From NCBI GenBank assembly GCA_963741945.1, contig CAVUKA010000008.1, forward strand, positions 1-64,000: a stretch of DNA of 64,000 bases, in the 5' to 3' direction. Shown piece after piece: positions 38,983 through 49,065 of this stretch; within the stretch, counting starts at the first letter, position 1; every line of letters starts with the position of its first letter. A model generated the notes under the pieces. The model was not told the DNA's origin. It saw nothing but the letters and a program-made list of their open reading frames with translations, and searched no databases. Origin of the DNA: an uncultured Gemmatimonadales bacterium (lineage in GTDB: Bacteria; Gemmatimonadota; Gemmatimonadetes; Longimicrobiales; RSA9). The position numbers were made by a program, and so were the translations under genes.

Positions 38983-39693
38983 GTGGAGCCCGCGTTGACT
39001 CAGGACGAGCTGAAGCGGCGCGCAGCGCAACGGGCGGTGGAGCTGGTCGAAGACGGGATGAAGCTCGGCCTCGGCACCGGGTCCACCGCCCGGCACGTGC
39101 TCGAAGCGATCGCGGTCCGGAGGAGCGCCGGCGAGCTCGAGCACGTGGTGGGAGTACCCACGTCCCGCGACACTCGCGGTCGTGCCGGGGAGCTGGGGAT
39201 CCCGTTGAGCACGCTGGACGACCTCCCGCGCCTGGATCTCACCCTGGATGGCGCCGACGAGGTCGATCCGGCCCTGAATCTGATCAAGGGCCTGGGGGGT
39301 GCGCTGCTCTGGGAGAAGATCGTGGCCGCCGCCAGCGACCGGGTCGTGATCGTCGTGGACGAGACCAAGCTCGTGGACCGCCTTGGTGCCCGCTCGCCCG
39401 TACCCGTGGAAGTGGTCCCCTTCGGCTGGCGCACGCTCCTGGCGCCGCTTTCGCGGCTTGGCGCCCGGCCTGCGCTCCGCAACGACCGCAATGGCGACCC
39501 GTTCCGGACCGATGGCGGCCATTTCATCCTCGACTGCGCCTTCGATCACCGCCTGGACGCGCCCGCTCTGGAGCGGGAGCTTCAGCGCCTGCCGGCCGTG
39601 GTCGAGACCGGCCTGTTCATCGGCATGGCGGATACCATCGTGGTCGGCGGTGAACGGGAAATCCGACTGATCCACAGGGAAGGCACGCGATGA
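38983..39693 (+). CDS. rpiA: Ribose-5-phosphate isomerase A
   Basis: GLGTGST, DGADEVD, IKGLGGALLWEKIV, VVETGLF. Confidence 0.97.
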   Translation: MEPALTQDELKRRAAQRAVELVEDGMKLGLGTGSTARHVLEAIAVRRSAGELEHVVGVPTSRDTRGRAGELGIPLSTLDDLPRLDLTLDGADEVDPALNLIKGLGGALLWEKIVAAASDRVVIVVDETKLVDRLGARSPVPVEVVPFGWRTLLAPLSRLGARPALRNDRNGDPFRTDGGHFILDCAFDHRLDAPALERELQRLPAVVETGLFIGMADTIVVGGEREIRLIHREGTR

Positions 39694-40355
39694 CCGTGAA
39701 GATCGCACCGTCCATCCTCTCCGCCGACTTCGCCCGGCTCGCCGACGGCATCACGGCCGCGGAAGACGCCGGCGCAGACTGGATCCACGTCGACGTGATG
39801 GACGGGCACTTCGTCCCCAACATCACCATCGGGCCACCCGTCGTGGCGGCCATTCGCAAGACCACGGACCTGCCGCTCGACGTTCACCTCATGATCGAGG
39901 CTCCCGAGCGCTACATCGATGCCTTCGCGGACGCCGGCGCCGACATGCTCACCGTGCATCAGGAAGCCGTCATCCACCTCCACCGCACCGTGGAGGCCAT
40001 ACACCACCGCGGGATGCGCGCGGGCGTTTCTCTCAACCCGAGCACTCCCGCCATCCTCCTGCAGGACATCGCACCCTACCTGGACATGGTCCTCGTCATG
40101 AGCGTCAACCCCGGCTTCGGCGGGCAGCGCTTCATTCCCGGCACCCCCGCCAAGATCCGCCGGGTGGCGGAAATCCTCCGGGAAGCCGGCCGCGATGACG
40201 CGGAGATCGAGGTGGATGGTGGCATCGCCCCGGACACTGCGGGCGACGTCGTCGCCGCCGGGGCCACCGTCCTCGTCGCCGGCGCCGCCATCTTCCGGGG
40301 CACCGGCTCCGTCGCCGAGAACATCCAGGCCATTCGCGACGCGGCCGGGGAGTAG
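39690..40355 (+). CDS. rpe: Ribulose-phosphate 3-epimerase
   Basis: IAPSILSADF, HVDVMDGHFVPN, MSVNPGFGGQ, EVDGGI. Confidence 0.98.
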   Translation: MTVKIAPSILSADFARLADGITAAEDAGADWIHVDVMDGHFVPNITIGPPVVAAIRKTTDLPLDVHLMIEAPERYIDAFADAGADMLTVHQEAVIHLHRTVEAIHHRGMRAGVSLNPSTPAILLQDIAPYLDMVLVMSVNPGFGGQRFIPGTPAKIRRVAEILREAGRDDAEIEVDGGIAPDTAGDVVAAGATVLVAGAAIFRGTGSVAENIQAIRDAAGE

Positions 40356-40650
40356 CCCCGGCCCGCTGGGGGGGGAAACCCCGGACAGCATCGCGCCGGG
40401 TTGTCCCCCGCCGTCCCGCGGACGTACGCGTAAGGGAAGCTCCCACACGATGCTCCCGGTCCGTCCCGACGTCACAATGGTGCAACTCCGGGTGGTAAGC
40501 GGTCGTGGAGTGAGCGAAATTGCGCGCGAGCAGGGAGGTCGAGGGGCGCGGAAGGGTGCGGTGCCGTGCCTTGTTGCACTCCAGGGCTTGTGCGAGGTTT
40601 CGGCCATCGGGGGCCGTGTGGCCGGAACCGCAGACAGGGGCGAGATGGGG

Positions 40651-41757
40651 ATGAGCGGCGGCGGGAAGTCAGGAGGAACGGGGATCGTGATGCTGAACCT
40701 CGGGGGGCCGGAGACCCTGGAGGACGTGAGGCCGTTCCTGCTGGAGCTGTTCGCCGACCGTGAGATCATCCAGCTGCCGGTCCAGGACTGGCTGGGCCCG
40801 TTCATCGCGAAGCGGCGGACGAAGGGAGTGCAGGAGCTGTATCGGGGAATCGGTGGGGGCTCACCGATTCTGAAATGGACACGGGAGCAGGGCGCGGGGA
40901 TGGTGGAGCGCCTGGACCGTCTGTCTCCGGCGACGGCGCCGCACCGGTTCTATGTGGCGTTCCGCTACATCCATCCGCGCAGCGAGGATGCGTTGCGGCA
41001 GATGAAGGCGGACGGTGTGGAGCGGGCGGTGGCGTTCACGCAGTACCAGCAGTTCTCGTGCGCGACGACGGGCTCGAGCCTGAACGAGCTGTGGCGGGCG
41101 GCGGGCCGGCTCGGGATGGACCAGGACTTCCGGTGGAGCGTGATCGATCGCTGGCCGACGCACCCCGGCTTCGTCGAGGCGATGGCGAAGAAGGTGCGCG
41201 AGGGGCTGGAGACATGGCCGGCCGCAGAGCGAGACGACGTGCTGCTTCTGTTCAGCGCGCACTCGCTACCGCTGTCCATCATCGACCGGGGTGATCCGTA
41301 CCCGCAGGAAGTCGGGGCGAGTGTGCACGAGGTGATGAAGGCGGGCGGCTTCGCGAACCGGTACATGTTGTCGTACCAGTCGGAAGTGGGGCCGGTGCGG
41401 TGGCAGGGTCCGAGCACGGAGCAGGTGATCCGGGACCTGGGCGCGAAGGGGCGGAAGAACGTGCTGGTGGTGGGGATCGCGTTCACGAGCGACCACATCG
41501 AGACGTTGTCGGAGATCGACATCGAATACGGCGAGCTGGCGCACGAGGTCGGGATCACGGAATTCCGGCGCGCGCCGTCGCTGAACGGGGACCCCGCGTT
41601 CCAGGACGCCCTCGCGGACATCGTTCTCGAGCACCTCCGGAGCGGTGAGGCGTGCTCGCGGCAGTACGGTCTGCGCTGCCCCGGGTGTGAGAACCCGCAG
41701 TGTCGGAACATCCTGAATCCGGTGGCGCCGTTCGATCGGACGCCCCTGAAGGTGTGA
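40651..41757 (+). CDS. hemH: Protoporphyrin ferrochelatase with C-terminal Cys cluster
   Basis: MLNLGGPE, IGGGSPI, FRYIHP, FSAHSLP, AFTSDHIETL, C-terminal CPGCENPQC; ATG 40645 alternative. Confidence 0.96.
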   Translation: MSGGGKSGGTGIVMLNLGGPETLEDVRPFLLELFADREIIQLPVQDWLGPFIAKRRTKGVQELYRGIGGGSPILKWTREQGAGMVERLDRLSPATAPHRFYVAFRYIHPRSEDALRQMKADGVERAVAFTQYQQFSCATTGSSLNELWRAAGRLGMDQDFRWSVIDRWPTHPGFVEAMAKKVREGLETWPAAERDDVLLLFSAHSLPLSIIDRGDPYPQEVGASVHEVMKAGGFANRYMLSYQSEVGPVRWQGPSTEQVIRDLGAKGRKNVLVVGIAFTSDHIETLSEIDIEYGELAHEVGITEFRRAPSLNGDPAFQDALADIVLEHLRSGEACSRQYGLRCPGCENPQCRNILNPVAPFDRTPLKV

Positions 41758-41761
41758 CGCC

Positions 41762-42601
41762 ATGTTGAACACGCTTGCGGTCCTGAACGGCTTGCTGCCG
41801 GTGGGATACCTGCTGGCGTTGCTCGCGTACATCGTGGTGTTCGCGCAGCCGGAGGCCCGGGCGGCGTGGGTGGCGCCGCTGATCACGTGGGTGGTGGTGG
41901 GGGTGCACGTCGTCTACCTCGCGCTGAGCGGCGTCTCGTATCGCCACATCCCGCTGGCGAACACCTGGGAGAGCCTGACGTTCATCGCGTGGGCGGTGGC
42001 GCTGGTCTACCTCGTTCTGGAGTGGCAGATGCGGGATCGGGCGACAGGGGTCTTCCTCCTGGCGGGCGTCCTCTTCCTGCAGATGCTGTCGACGGCGTTC
42101 ATCACGCACAGCCGTGAGGTCCCGGCCATCCTGCGCTCGCCCATGTTCGGAATCCACGTGACCACGGCGATGATCGGGTACGTGGCACTGGCGGTGTCGG
42201 CCGTGTACGGGGTCATGTACCTGTTGCAGTACCGCCAGCTGAAGCGGAAGCACGTGGGGCTGCTCTTCCAGCGCCTGCCCAACCTCGAGACGCTGTCCCG
42301 GCTGAACGTCCGGGCGCTGGCGCTCGGGTGGACGGCGCTCACCGTGGCGATCCTCGCCGGGACAGTGTGGGCGCTGACGCTCGAACACACGGGCCAGCTC
42401 CACGTGAACCTGCTGGTCGACCCGAAGTTCCTGCTCACCGTGGCGGTCTGGGTCGTGTATGGCGCTTGCCTGGTCGGGCTCTGGCTGTTCCGGTGGCCCA
42501 AGAGCACGCTGGCGTCGATCACGGTGATGGCGTTCGCGTTCATGGTGGCGTCTTCGCTCACCGTGACGCTCCTGATTCCGTCGTTCCACGATTTCACGTA
42601 A
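41762..42601 (+). CDS. CcsA/HemX-like cytochrome c assembly family membrane protein
   Basis: About 8 TM segments, GIHV, QYRQLKRK, LPNLETL, DPK; directly upstream of hemA. Confidence 0.85.
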   Translation: MLNTLAVLNGLLPVGYLLALLAYIVVFAQPEARAAWVAPLITWVVVGVHVVYLALSGVSYRHIPLANTWESLTFIAWAVALVYLVLEWQMRDRATGVFLLAGVLFLQMLSTAFITHSREVPAILRSPMFGIHVTTAMIGYVALAVSAVYGVMYLLQYRQLKRKHVGLLFQRLPNLETLSRLNVRALALGWTALTVAILAGTVWALTLEHTGQLHVNLLVDPKFLLTVAVWVVYGACLVGLWLFRWPKSTLASITVMAFAFMVASSLTVTLLIPSFHDFT

Positions 42602-42605
42602 GGCC

Positions 42606-43916
42606 ATGGAGCTGATCGTCCTCGGCACCAGCCACGACACCGCCCCGGCGGAGATCCGGGACCAGGTGCAGTTCAGCCCCACGGATGTGGAGCAGTTCTG
42701 CGGCCGGCTGCGTGGGCGGCGCGAAGACGTGCTCGAGGTGTCGGTCCTGTCCACGTGTAACCGGACGGAGATCTACTCGCTGGTCCGTGAGCCCCCGATC
42801 GGGGAAGGACTGATCCGGGAAGCGGTGGCGCTGCAGAAGGGCGTGCCGCACATGGGCAACGGGCGCTACACCTACGTTCTGAAGGGGCGGTCGGGCGTAC
42901 AGCACCTCTTCCGGGTGGCCGCGGGGATCGAGTCGCTCATGGTAGGCGAGCCGCAGATCCTGGGGCAGGTGCGGCATGCCCACAAGATGGCCGACCAGAG
43001 CCGGGGCGCTGGGGCGGTTTTGACGCGCCTGTTCAACTCGGCGGTGCACGTGGGGAAGCGGGCGCGCACGGAGACGGAGATCGGGAGGGGCACCGTCTCG
43101 GTGGCGTATGCGGCCGTGGAGATGGCGCTCAAGGTGTTCGACGGGCTGGAGAAGCATACGGTGGCAGTGGTCGGGGCCGGGGAGACCGGCACGCTCGCCG
43201 CCAAGCACCTGGCGGAGCAGAAGCCGGGTCGGCTCATCGTGCTGAACCGAACGCTCGAGCGGGCGCAGCGGCTGGCCGCGGAGCTGGGTGGCGAGGCGAG
43301 GCCGTTCGGCGACCTTGAGGATGTTCTCCGCGAGGCGAGTGTGGTGGTCACGGCCACGTCATCGCCGGAGCCCGTGCTGCAGAGCGATCACCTGAACGCG
43401 GTGGTGAAGAAGCGGGGTCGTTCACCGCTGGTGCTGATCGACATTTCGAACCCGCGGAACATCGATCCGGCCGTGGGCAAGATCGACAGCATCTTCCTTT
43501 ACGACCTGGACGCGCTGGAGAGCATCGCGGACCAGAACCGGTCGCGCCGGGCGAAGGAGATCCCGCGCGTGGAGCGGATCGTTGACGAGGAGGTGGATGC
43601 GTTCTTCTCCTGGTACGACTCGCTCCAGGTGGTGCCGGTGCTGCGTGCGCTGCGAGACCGCTTCCACGAGATCGGTCGGGACGAGGTGGCGCGGCAGGGG
43701 CGGCGGTTCAGCCGCACGGATGACGACGTGCTGGAGGCGTTCACACGGTCGCTGATCAACAAGCTCCTGCATCAGCCTACCACGCGGATCCGGAACATGG
43801 ACGCGGACACGTACCACGGGCTGACGAAGCTGGTGGCCGTGCAGGAGCTGTTCGAGCTGGAACCCGAGCGGTACCAGAACGGGAGCGTCGACGATCACGA
43901 GGGGGACGACGAGTGA
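42606..43916 (+). CDS. hemA: Glutamyl-tRNA reductase
   Basis: LSTCNRTEIY, HLFRVAAGIESLMVGEPQILGQV, GAGETG, DISNPRNID, KLLHQPT. Confidence 0.98.
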   Translation: MELIVLGTSHDTAPAEIRDQVQFSPTDVEQFCGRLRGRREDVLEVSVLSTCNRTEIYSLVREPPIGEGLIREAVALQKGVPHMGNGRYTYVLKGRSGVQHLFRVAAGIESLMVGEPQILGQVRHAHKMADQSRGAGAVLTRLFNSAVHVGKRARTETEIGRGTVSVAYAAVEMALKVFDGLEKHTVAVVGAGETGTLAAKHLAEQKPGRLIVLNRTLERAQRLAAELGGEARPFGDLEDVLREASVVVTATSSPEPVLQSDHLNAVVKKRGRSPLVLIDISNPRNIDPAVGKIDSIFLYDLDALESIADQNRSRRAKEIPRVERIVDEEVDAFFSWYDSLQVVPVLRALRDRFHEIGRDEVARQGRRFSRTDDDVLEAFTRSLINKLLHQPTTRIRNMDADTYHGLTKLVAVQELFELEPERYQNGSVDDHEGDDE

Positions 43917-44866
43917 CCGAGGGGATGCTGCGGATCGGGACGCGGGGATCGGCGCTGGCACTCTGGCAGGCCGAGCACGTGGCGGCACGGATCCGGGCAA
44001 TGCCCGGCGCGCCCGGCGTCGAGCTGGTTCACATCCAGACGGAAGGGGACCGGGTCCAGGACGTGGCGCTTTCGGCGCTCCCGGGCAAGGCCTTTTTCAC
44101 GAAAGAGCTGGAACAAGCGATCCTGGACGGCCGGGTAGACCTGGCGGTCCACTCGCTGAAGGATCTGGCGACCTCGATGCCCGAGAGGCTAGCGCTGACG
44201 GCAGTGCTGGAGCGGGAGGACCCGCGGGACGTCCTCATCGCCCGCGATGGCCTCGGGCTCGCCGATCTGCCGGCAGGCGCGCGCGTGGGCACGAGCAGCC
44301 TGCGACGGCGCGCCTTCCTGCGCACCTGGCGCGACGACCTTGCGCTGATGGACCTGCGCGGCAATGTGCCGACCCGTATCCGCCGACTCGACGAGGGCGA
44401 CTACGATGCGATCGTCCTTGCCGCCGCGGGCGTGAAGCGGCTGGGGCTGGGCGCCCGCATCACTGACTATTTCACCGCCGGGATCCTGCTGCCCGCGGTT
44501 TCGCAGGGCGCCATCGGGATCCAGGCGAGGCGGGACGACCGGCGTGTGACCCGTTGGATCGAGCCGCTGAACCACGGGGCGACGCGTCGGTGTACGCTGG
44601 CCGAGCGGGCGCTCCTTCACGAGGTGGAAGGCGGCTGCCAGGTCCCGCTGGGCGCCCACGCGGAGCTGGACGATGCCGGGCTCACGCTTCGCGCCGCCAT
44701 TGCCGCGCTGGACGGAAGCCGGGCGGTATCCGGCTCCATTTCCGGCGACCCCGGGGACGGCGAGGCTCTGGGTCGGCGGCTTGCCCGCACGCTCCTGGAG
44801 CGCGGAGGCGGCGAGATCATGGATGGGATCCGCTCCGCCATGGGGACCGGTGTCGGAGAGGGCTGA
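43913..44866 (+). CDS. hemC: Hydroxymethylbilane synthase
   Basis: GTRGSALALWQ, AVHSLKD, GTSSLRR, LRGNVPTR, EGGCQVP. Confidence 0.98.
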   Translation: MTEGMLRIGTRGSALALWQAEHVAARIRAMPGAPGVELVHIQTEGDRVQDVALSALPGKAFFTKELEQAILDGRVDLAVHSLKDLATSMPERLALTAVLEREDPRDVLIARDGLGLADLPAGARVGTSSLRRRAFLRTWRDDLALMDLRGNVPTRIRRLDEGDYDAIVLAAAGVKRLGLGARITDYFTAGILLPAVSQGAIGIQARRDDRRVTRWIEPLNHGATRRCTLAERALLHEVEGGCQVPLGAHAELDDAGLTLRAAIAALDGSRAVSGSISGDPGDGEALGRRLARTLLERGGGEIMDGIRSAMGTGVGEG

Positions 44867-45647
44867 CCGGCCGCTGCACGGGGTCGGCGTGGTCGTGACC
44901 CGGGACGAGAGCGGCGATGGGCCGCTGACGGCCGCGCTGCGAGAGCGCGGCGCCGACGTGATCCACTGGCCGGTCATCGCCGTGGCTCCACCCGAAGATC
45001 CGCGACCGCTCGATTCCGCGGCATCGCAGCTGGCCAGCTACGACTGGGTAGCGTTGACCAGCCGACGGGCGGTGGCCGCGCTGGCAGAGCGGGTACGGGA
45101 GATCCCGTCCGGGGTCCGGCTGGCAGCGGTAGGGGAGGGAACGGGCGAGGCCGCGGAGGCGCGCGGGTGGCGCGTGGACCTGGTGGCGGGCGAGCAGACC
45201 GGCGAGGCGCTGGTCGCCGCCTTCCAGTGCGAGGGCCTCGCCCGGGGGGCGCGCGTTCTCTTCCCGGCCAGCGATCTCGCGCGCGACACGGTTCCCGCGG
45301 GGCTCGAGCGGGCGGGGGCGGCGGTGGAGCGGGTGACCGCGTACCGTATCGTGCCGGCCGCGCTGGACGCGGACGCATGCAGGCGAATGGTGGAGGAGGA
45401 GAAGGTGGACGTGGTGAGCGTGACCAGCCCGTCGTCCGGCGAGAACCTCATCGCGGCAGTGGGTGAAGCGCTGTTCCGGCACCTGGCGGAGACGGTGCCG
45501 TTCGCTGCCATCGGGCCGACCACGGCCACGGCGCTCCGGAGTTTCGGTGTGAAGGATGTGGTGGAGGCAGAAGAGCATTCGTTCGATGGACTGGCGGAGG
45601 CCGTTGCGCGGCACTTCGCCGCGGGACGGGGAAGAGGAGCGACATGA
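44850..45647 (+). CDS. hemD: Uroporphyrinogen-III synthase
   Basis: [34 protein letters not shown]; between hemC and hemB. Confidence 0.92.
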   Translation: MSERADRPLHGVGVVVTRDESGDGPLTAALRERGADVIHWPVIAVAPPEDPRPLDSAASQLASYDWVALTSRRAVAALAERVREIPSGVRLAAVGEGTGEAAEARGWRVDLVAGEQTGEALVAAFQCEGLARGARVLFPASDLARDTVPAGLERAGAAVERVTAYRIVPAALDADACRRMVEEEKVDVVSVTSPSSGENLIAAVGEALFRHLAETVPFAAIGPTTATALRSFGVKDVVEAEEHSFDGLAEAVARHFAAGRGRGAT

Positions 45648-46639
45648 GCTATCCGATAAACAGGCCGCGGCGGCTGCGCCGGGGCGAGACGTGGCGGAGG
45701 GCGGTGCGGGAGACCGTGCTGACCGTGAACGACCTGATCTACCCGATGTTCGTGGTGGACGGGGAGGGCGTGCGGATCCCGGTGAAGAGCATGCCGGGGA
45801 TCGAGAACCTGTCGGTCGACGAGCTGGTGAAGGAGTGCCGCGAGGTGGCGGAGCTCGGGATCCCGGGTGTGATTCTGTTCGGCGTGCCGCCGGACGAGGA
45901 GAAAGATCCTGAAGGGACGGGCGCCTACGATCCGGAAGGACTCGTGCCGCGGGCGATCCGGGCGCTCAAGAAGGAAGTGCCGGATCTCCTGGTCTGGGCG
46001 GACGTGTGCATGTGCGAGTACACGTCGCACGGGCATTGCGGCCTGCTCACCGATGAGGGCGAAGTGGACAACGACCCCACGCTCATGCTGCTGGCTCGCG
46101 CGGCCCGCGTGTACGCGGAAGCGGGTGCGGACGCCGTGGCACCCAGCGACATGATGGATGGCCGCGTGGCTGCCATCCGGGAAGAGCTGGACGACGCCGG
46201 CCTGTCGCACGTCCCGATCGTCGCCTACGCGGCCAAGTACGCTTCGGCCTACTACGGCCCGTTCCGCGATGCGGCCCACTCGGCGCCCTCGTTCGGTGAC
46301 CGCAAGGGCTACCAGATGGACCCGGCGAACGCCGAGGAAGCGCTGCGGGAAGTGGAGCTGGACATCATGGAGGGCGCCGACATGGTCATGGTGAAGCCCG
46401 CGGGCCCGTACATGGACATCCTCCAGCGCGTGAAGGAGACGTTCCGTATGCCCACGGCCGCCTACCAGGTATCTGGCGAGTACGCGCTGATCAAGGCAGC
46501 GGCGGAGAAGGGGTGGGTGGACGAGCCGCGCATCGCCATGGAGAGCCTGCTGGGACTGAAGCGAGCCGGCGCGGACCTGATCCTCACCTATTTCGCGAAG
46601 GACGTGGCGCGGGCACTCCGGCAGGGCCCGGGTGAATGA
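45644..46639 (+). CDS. hemB: Porphobilinogen synthase (Zn-type Cys motif)
   Basis: [42 protein letters not shown]. Confidence 0.98.
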   Translation: MSYPINRPRRLRRGETWRRAVRETVLTVNDLIYPMFVVDGEGVRIPVKSMPGIENLSVDELVKECREVAELGIPGVILFGVPPDEEKDPEGTGAYDPEGLVPRAIRALKKEVPDLLVWADVCMCEYTSHGHCGLLTDEGEVDNDPTLMLLARAARVYAEAGADAVAPSDMMDGRVAAIREELDDAGLSHVPIVAYAAKYASAYYGPFRDAAHSAPSFGDRKGYQMDPANAEEALREVELDIMEGADMVMVKPAGPYMDILQRVKETFRMPTAAYQVSGEYALIKAAAEKGWVDEPRIAMESLLGLKRAGADLILTYFAKDVARALRQGPGE

Positions 46640-47972
46640 GCGGCGGGGGACGCCAGTGGGGACCGATGCGGGGGCGGTGATGCGGACGACCGAGAGCGAG
46701 CGGCTGTTCAGTGCTGCGAAGCGGGTCATTCCCGGCGGCGTGAACAGCCCGGTCCGCGCGTTCGGCGCCGTGGGCGGCACGCCCCGCTTCATCGCGGGCG
46801 CGTCGGGTGCCCGCATGGTCGACGTGGACGACAACACCTACATCGACTACGTCGGCTCCTGGGGCCCGATGATCCTCGGGCACGACCACCCGGCGGTGCG
46901 GGCCGCGCTCGCCGGGGCGCTGGAACACGGAACATCGTTCGGCGCCCCGTCGCCTGGCGAGGTCGAGCTGGCCGAGCTGGTGGTGGAGATGGTGCCGTCG
47001 GTCGAGGTGGTCCGGTTCGTCAACAGCGGGACGGAGGCGACAATGAGCGCCCTCCGGCTGGCCCGGGCCGCCACGGGTCGGGCCGGCGTCATCAAGTTCC
47101 GGGGCGGCTATCACGGCCATGCCGACGCATTCCTCGTGGAGGCGGGCTCCGGCGCGGCGACGCTGGGCGTGCCGTCGAGTCCGGGCGTCACCGAGGGTGC
47201 GGCCCGCGACACGCTCGTGGCCGAGTACAACGATCTGGATTCGGTGCGCGCGTCGATTGAGGATCGGCCGGGCGACGTCGCCGCGGTCATCGTGGAGCCG
47301 GTGGCCGGCAACATGGGGTGCGTCCCGCCGCAGCCCGGCTTCCTGGAAGGGCTGCGATCGCTGTGTGACGAGCACGGGATGCTGCTGATCTTCGACGAGG
47401 TGATGACCGGCTTCCGGGTGGCCGAGGGCGGAGCCCAGGCGCGCTTTGGTGTCCGGCCGGACCTGACGACCCTGGGCAAGGTCATCGGGGGCGGGCTCCC
47501 CGTGGGCGCGTTCGGCGGCCGCGACGACCTCATGCGGCGAATCGCGCCGGACGGTCCCGTCTACCAGGCCGGCACGCTGTCAGGGAACCCGCTGGCCGTG
47601 GCGGGCGGGCTTGCGACATTGAGGCACCTGCGGGCGCACCCGGAAATCTATGACCGTCTGGAGGCGCTCGGTTCGAGGCTGGAGGACGGCTTCCGCGCCG
47701 TCATCGCCGCCCATGCCGATCGCCTGTCCTGGAACCGGGTCGGCACCATGGCCACGCTCTTCTTCACGGCGGGCCCGGTCACGGGGTGGGCGAGCGCGAA
47801 GGACCAGGATCGAAGCGCGTTCGCGGACTACTTCCATCGCATGCTGGACCGGGGCTTCTATCTCCCTCCCAGCCCGTTCGAAGCGCTGTTCCTGTCCGCG
47901 GCACATACGGAGGCAGATGTGGACGCCACGGTGGACGCCGCGGCCGACGCACTGGCAGAGGTGCTGGCGTGA
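46632..47972 (+). CDS. hemL: Glutamate-1-semialdehyde 2,1-aminomutase
   Basis: [48 protein letters not shown]; true start may be ATG 46680. Confidence 0.98.
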   Translation: MNERRGTPVGTDAGAVMRTTESERLFSAAKRVIPGGVNSPVRAFGAVGGTPRFIAGASGARMVDVDDNTYIDYVGSWGPMILGHDHPAVRAALAGALEHGTSFGAPSPGEVELAELVVEMVPSVEVVRFVNSGTEATMSALRLARAATGRAGVIKFRGGYHGHADAFLVEAGSGAATLGVPSSPGVTEGAARDTLVAEYNDLDSVRASIEDRPGDVAAVIVEPVAGNMGCVPPQPGFLEGLRSLCDEHGMLLIFDEVMTGFRVAEGGAQARFGVRPDLTTLGKVIGGGLPVGAFGGRDDLMRRIAPDGPVYQAGTLSGNPLAVAGGLATLRHLRAHPEIYDRLEALGSRLEDGFRAVIAAHADRLSWNRVGTMATLFFTAGPVTGWASAKDQDRSAFADYFHRMLDRGFYLPPSPFEALFLSAAHTEADVDATVDAAADALAEVLA

Positions 47973-49057
47973 GCGGTGGGGCGGGGCAGAACGCTGCGGC
48001 CGCGTCGGCCACGGGCTCACGGCCGGTGTCCGGGGCGGAGCCCGTGTTCCTGCGTGCGTGCCGACGCCTGCCGGTGGAGCACACGCCCGTGTGGATCATG
48101 CGCCAGGCGGGGCGGTACCTCCCGGAGTACCGGGCCATCCGGGACAAGGTCGATTTCCTCACGTTGACGAAGACACCCGATCTCGCCGCAGAGGTGACGA
48201 TCCAGCCGATCCGGCGGTTCGGTATGGATGCGGCCATCCTGTTCAGCGACATCATGACCCCCATCGAGGGGATGGGGATCGATCTGGAGTTCGATCCCGG
48301 CCCGGTGATCCGCGCCCCGATCCGGTCGGCGGCGGATGTGGACAGGCTGCGCGTGGCCGACCCGGAGGAGACCACGCCGTTCGTACTGGAGACGATCCGG
48401 ATCCTGCGGCGCGAGCTGCCGGCGAGCGCACCACTCATTGGCTTCGGCGGGGCGCCGTTCACGACGTACTGCTATGCAGTGCAGGGCAAGGGCTCGAAGA
48501 CGTTCCACGAGGCGAAGGCGTTCCTGTTCAGCGAGCCGGCCGCGGCCAAGCGGCTGCTCGAAAAGCTGGCGGACACGACCGCGCGCTACCTGGGCGCGCA
48601 GGCCGAGGCCGGGGCGCAGGCCCTGATGATCTTCGATTCCTGGGCCGGCATCCTCGCGCCTCACGAATACCGCGCGTTCGCGCTCCCGGCCGTGCAGCGG
48701 GTCACGGCGGCGTTGAAGGAGCACGGCGTGCCGCTACTCTATTTCCCGCATCAGGGCGCGACGCTGCTGCCGGCGGCCGCCGAGTCGGGCGCCGACGTCC
48801 TCGGCATCGACTGGCGGCTCCCCCTGGCCGATGCGCGGGCGCTGCTGGGACCGGATCTGGCCGTGCAGGGTAACCTGGACCCGGCGGCGCTGTTCGCGCC
48901 GCGGGCGGAGCTGGCGCGCCAGATCGACCGCGTGCTGGAGTCCGCGGGCCCCGAGCCGGGGCACGTGTTCAACCTGGGCCACGGAATCGAGCGGACCACC
49001 GATCCGGATGCGGTGGCGTTCCTCGTCGACCGTGTACACGAGCAGACGTTGCGATAG
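47969..49057 (+). CDS. hemE: Uroporphyrinogen decarboxylase
   Basis: [44 protein letters not shown]. Confidence 0.98.
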   Translation: MSGGAGQNAAAASATGSRPVSGAEPVFLRACRRLPVEHTPVWIMRQAGRYLPEYRAIRDKVDFLTLTKTPDLAAEVTIQPIRRFGMDAAILFSDIMTPIEGMGIDLEFDPGPVIRAPIRSAADVDRLRVADPEETTPFVLETIRILRRELPASAPLIGFGGAPFTTYCYAVQGKGSKTFHEAKAFLFSEPAAAKRLLEKLADTTARYLGAQAEAGAQALMIFDSWAGILAPHEYRAFALPAVQRVTAALKEHGVPLLYFPHQGATLLPAAAESGADVLGIDWRLPLADARALLGPDLAVQGNLDPAALFAPRAELARQIDRVLESAGPEPGHVFNLGHGIERTTDPDAVAFLVDRVHEQTLR

Positions 49058-49065
49058 AGGCAGTC

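Noticed and set aside
40430-40500. AAGGGAA ... GGTGCAACTCC upstream of the hem cluster, reminiscent of a cobalamin riboswitch
   Set aside because: The two motifs are about 40 nt apart instead of adjacent, and no B12 box or downstream ACTG element is recognisable
40195-40644. Upstream extension of the hemH ORF; similar extensions on bshA, coaX, pheT, hemE, rnz and the OMP
   Set aside because: Overlap neighbouring genes or spacers; homology and SD/overlap patterns indicate later starts
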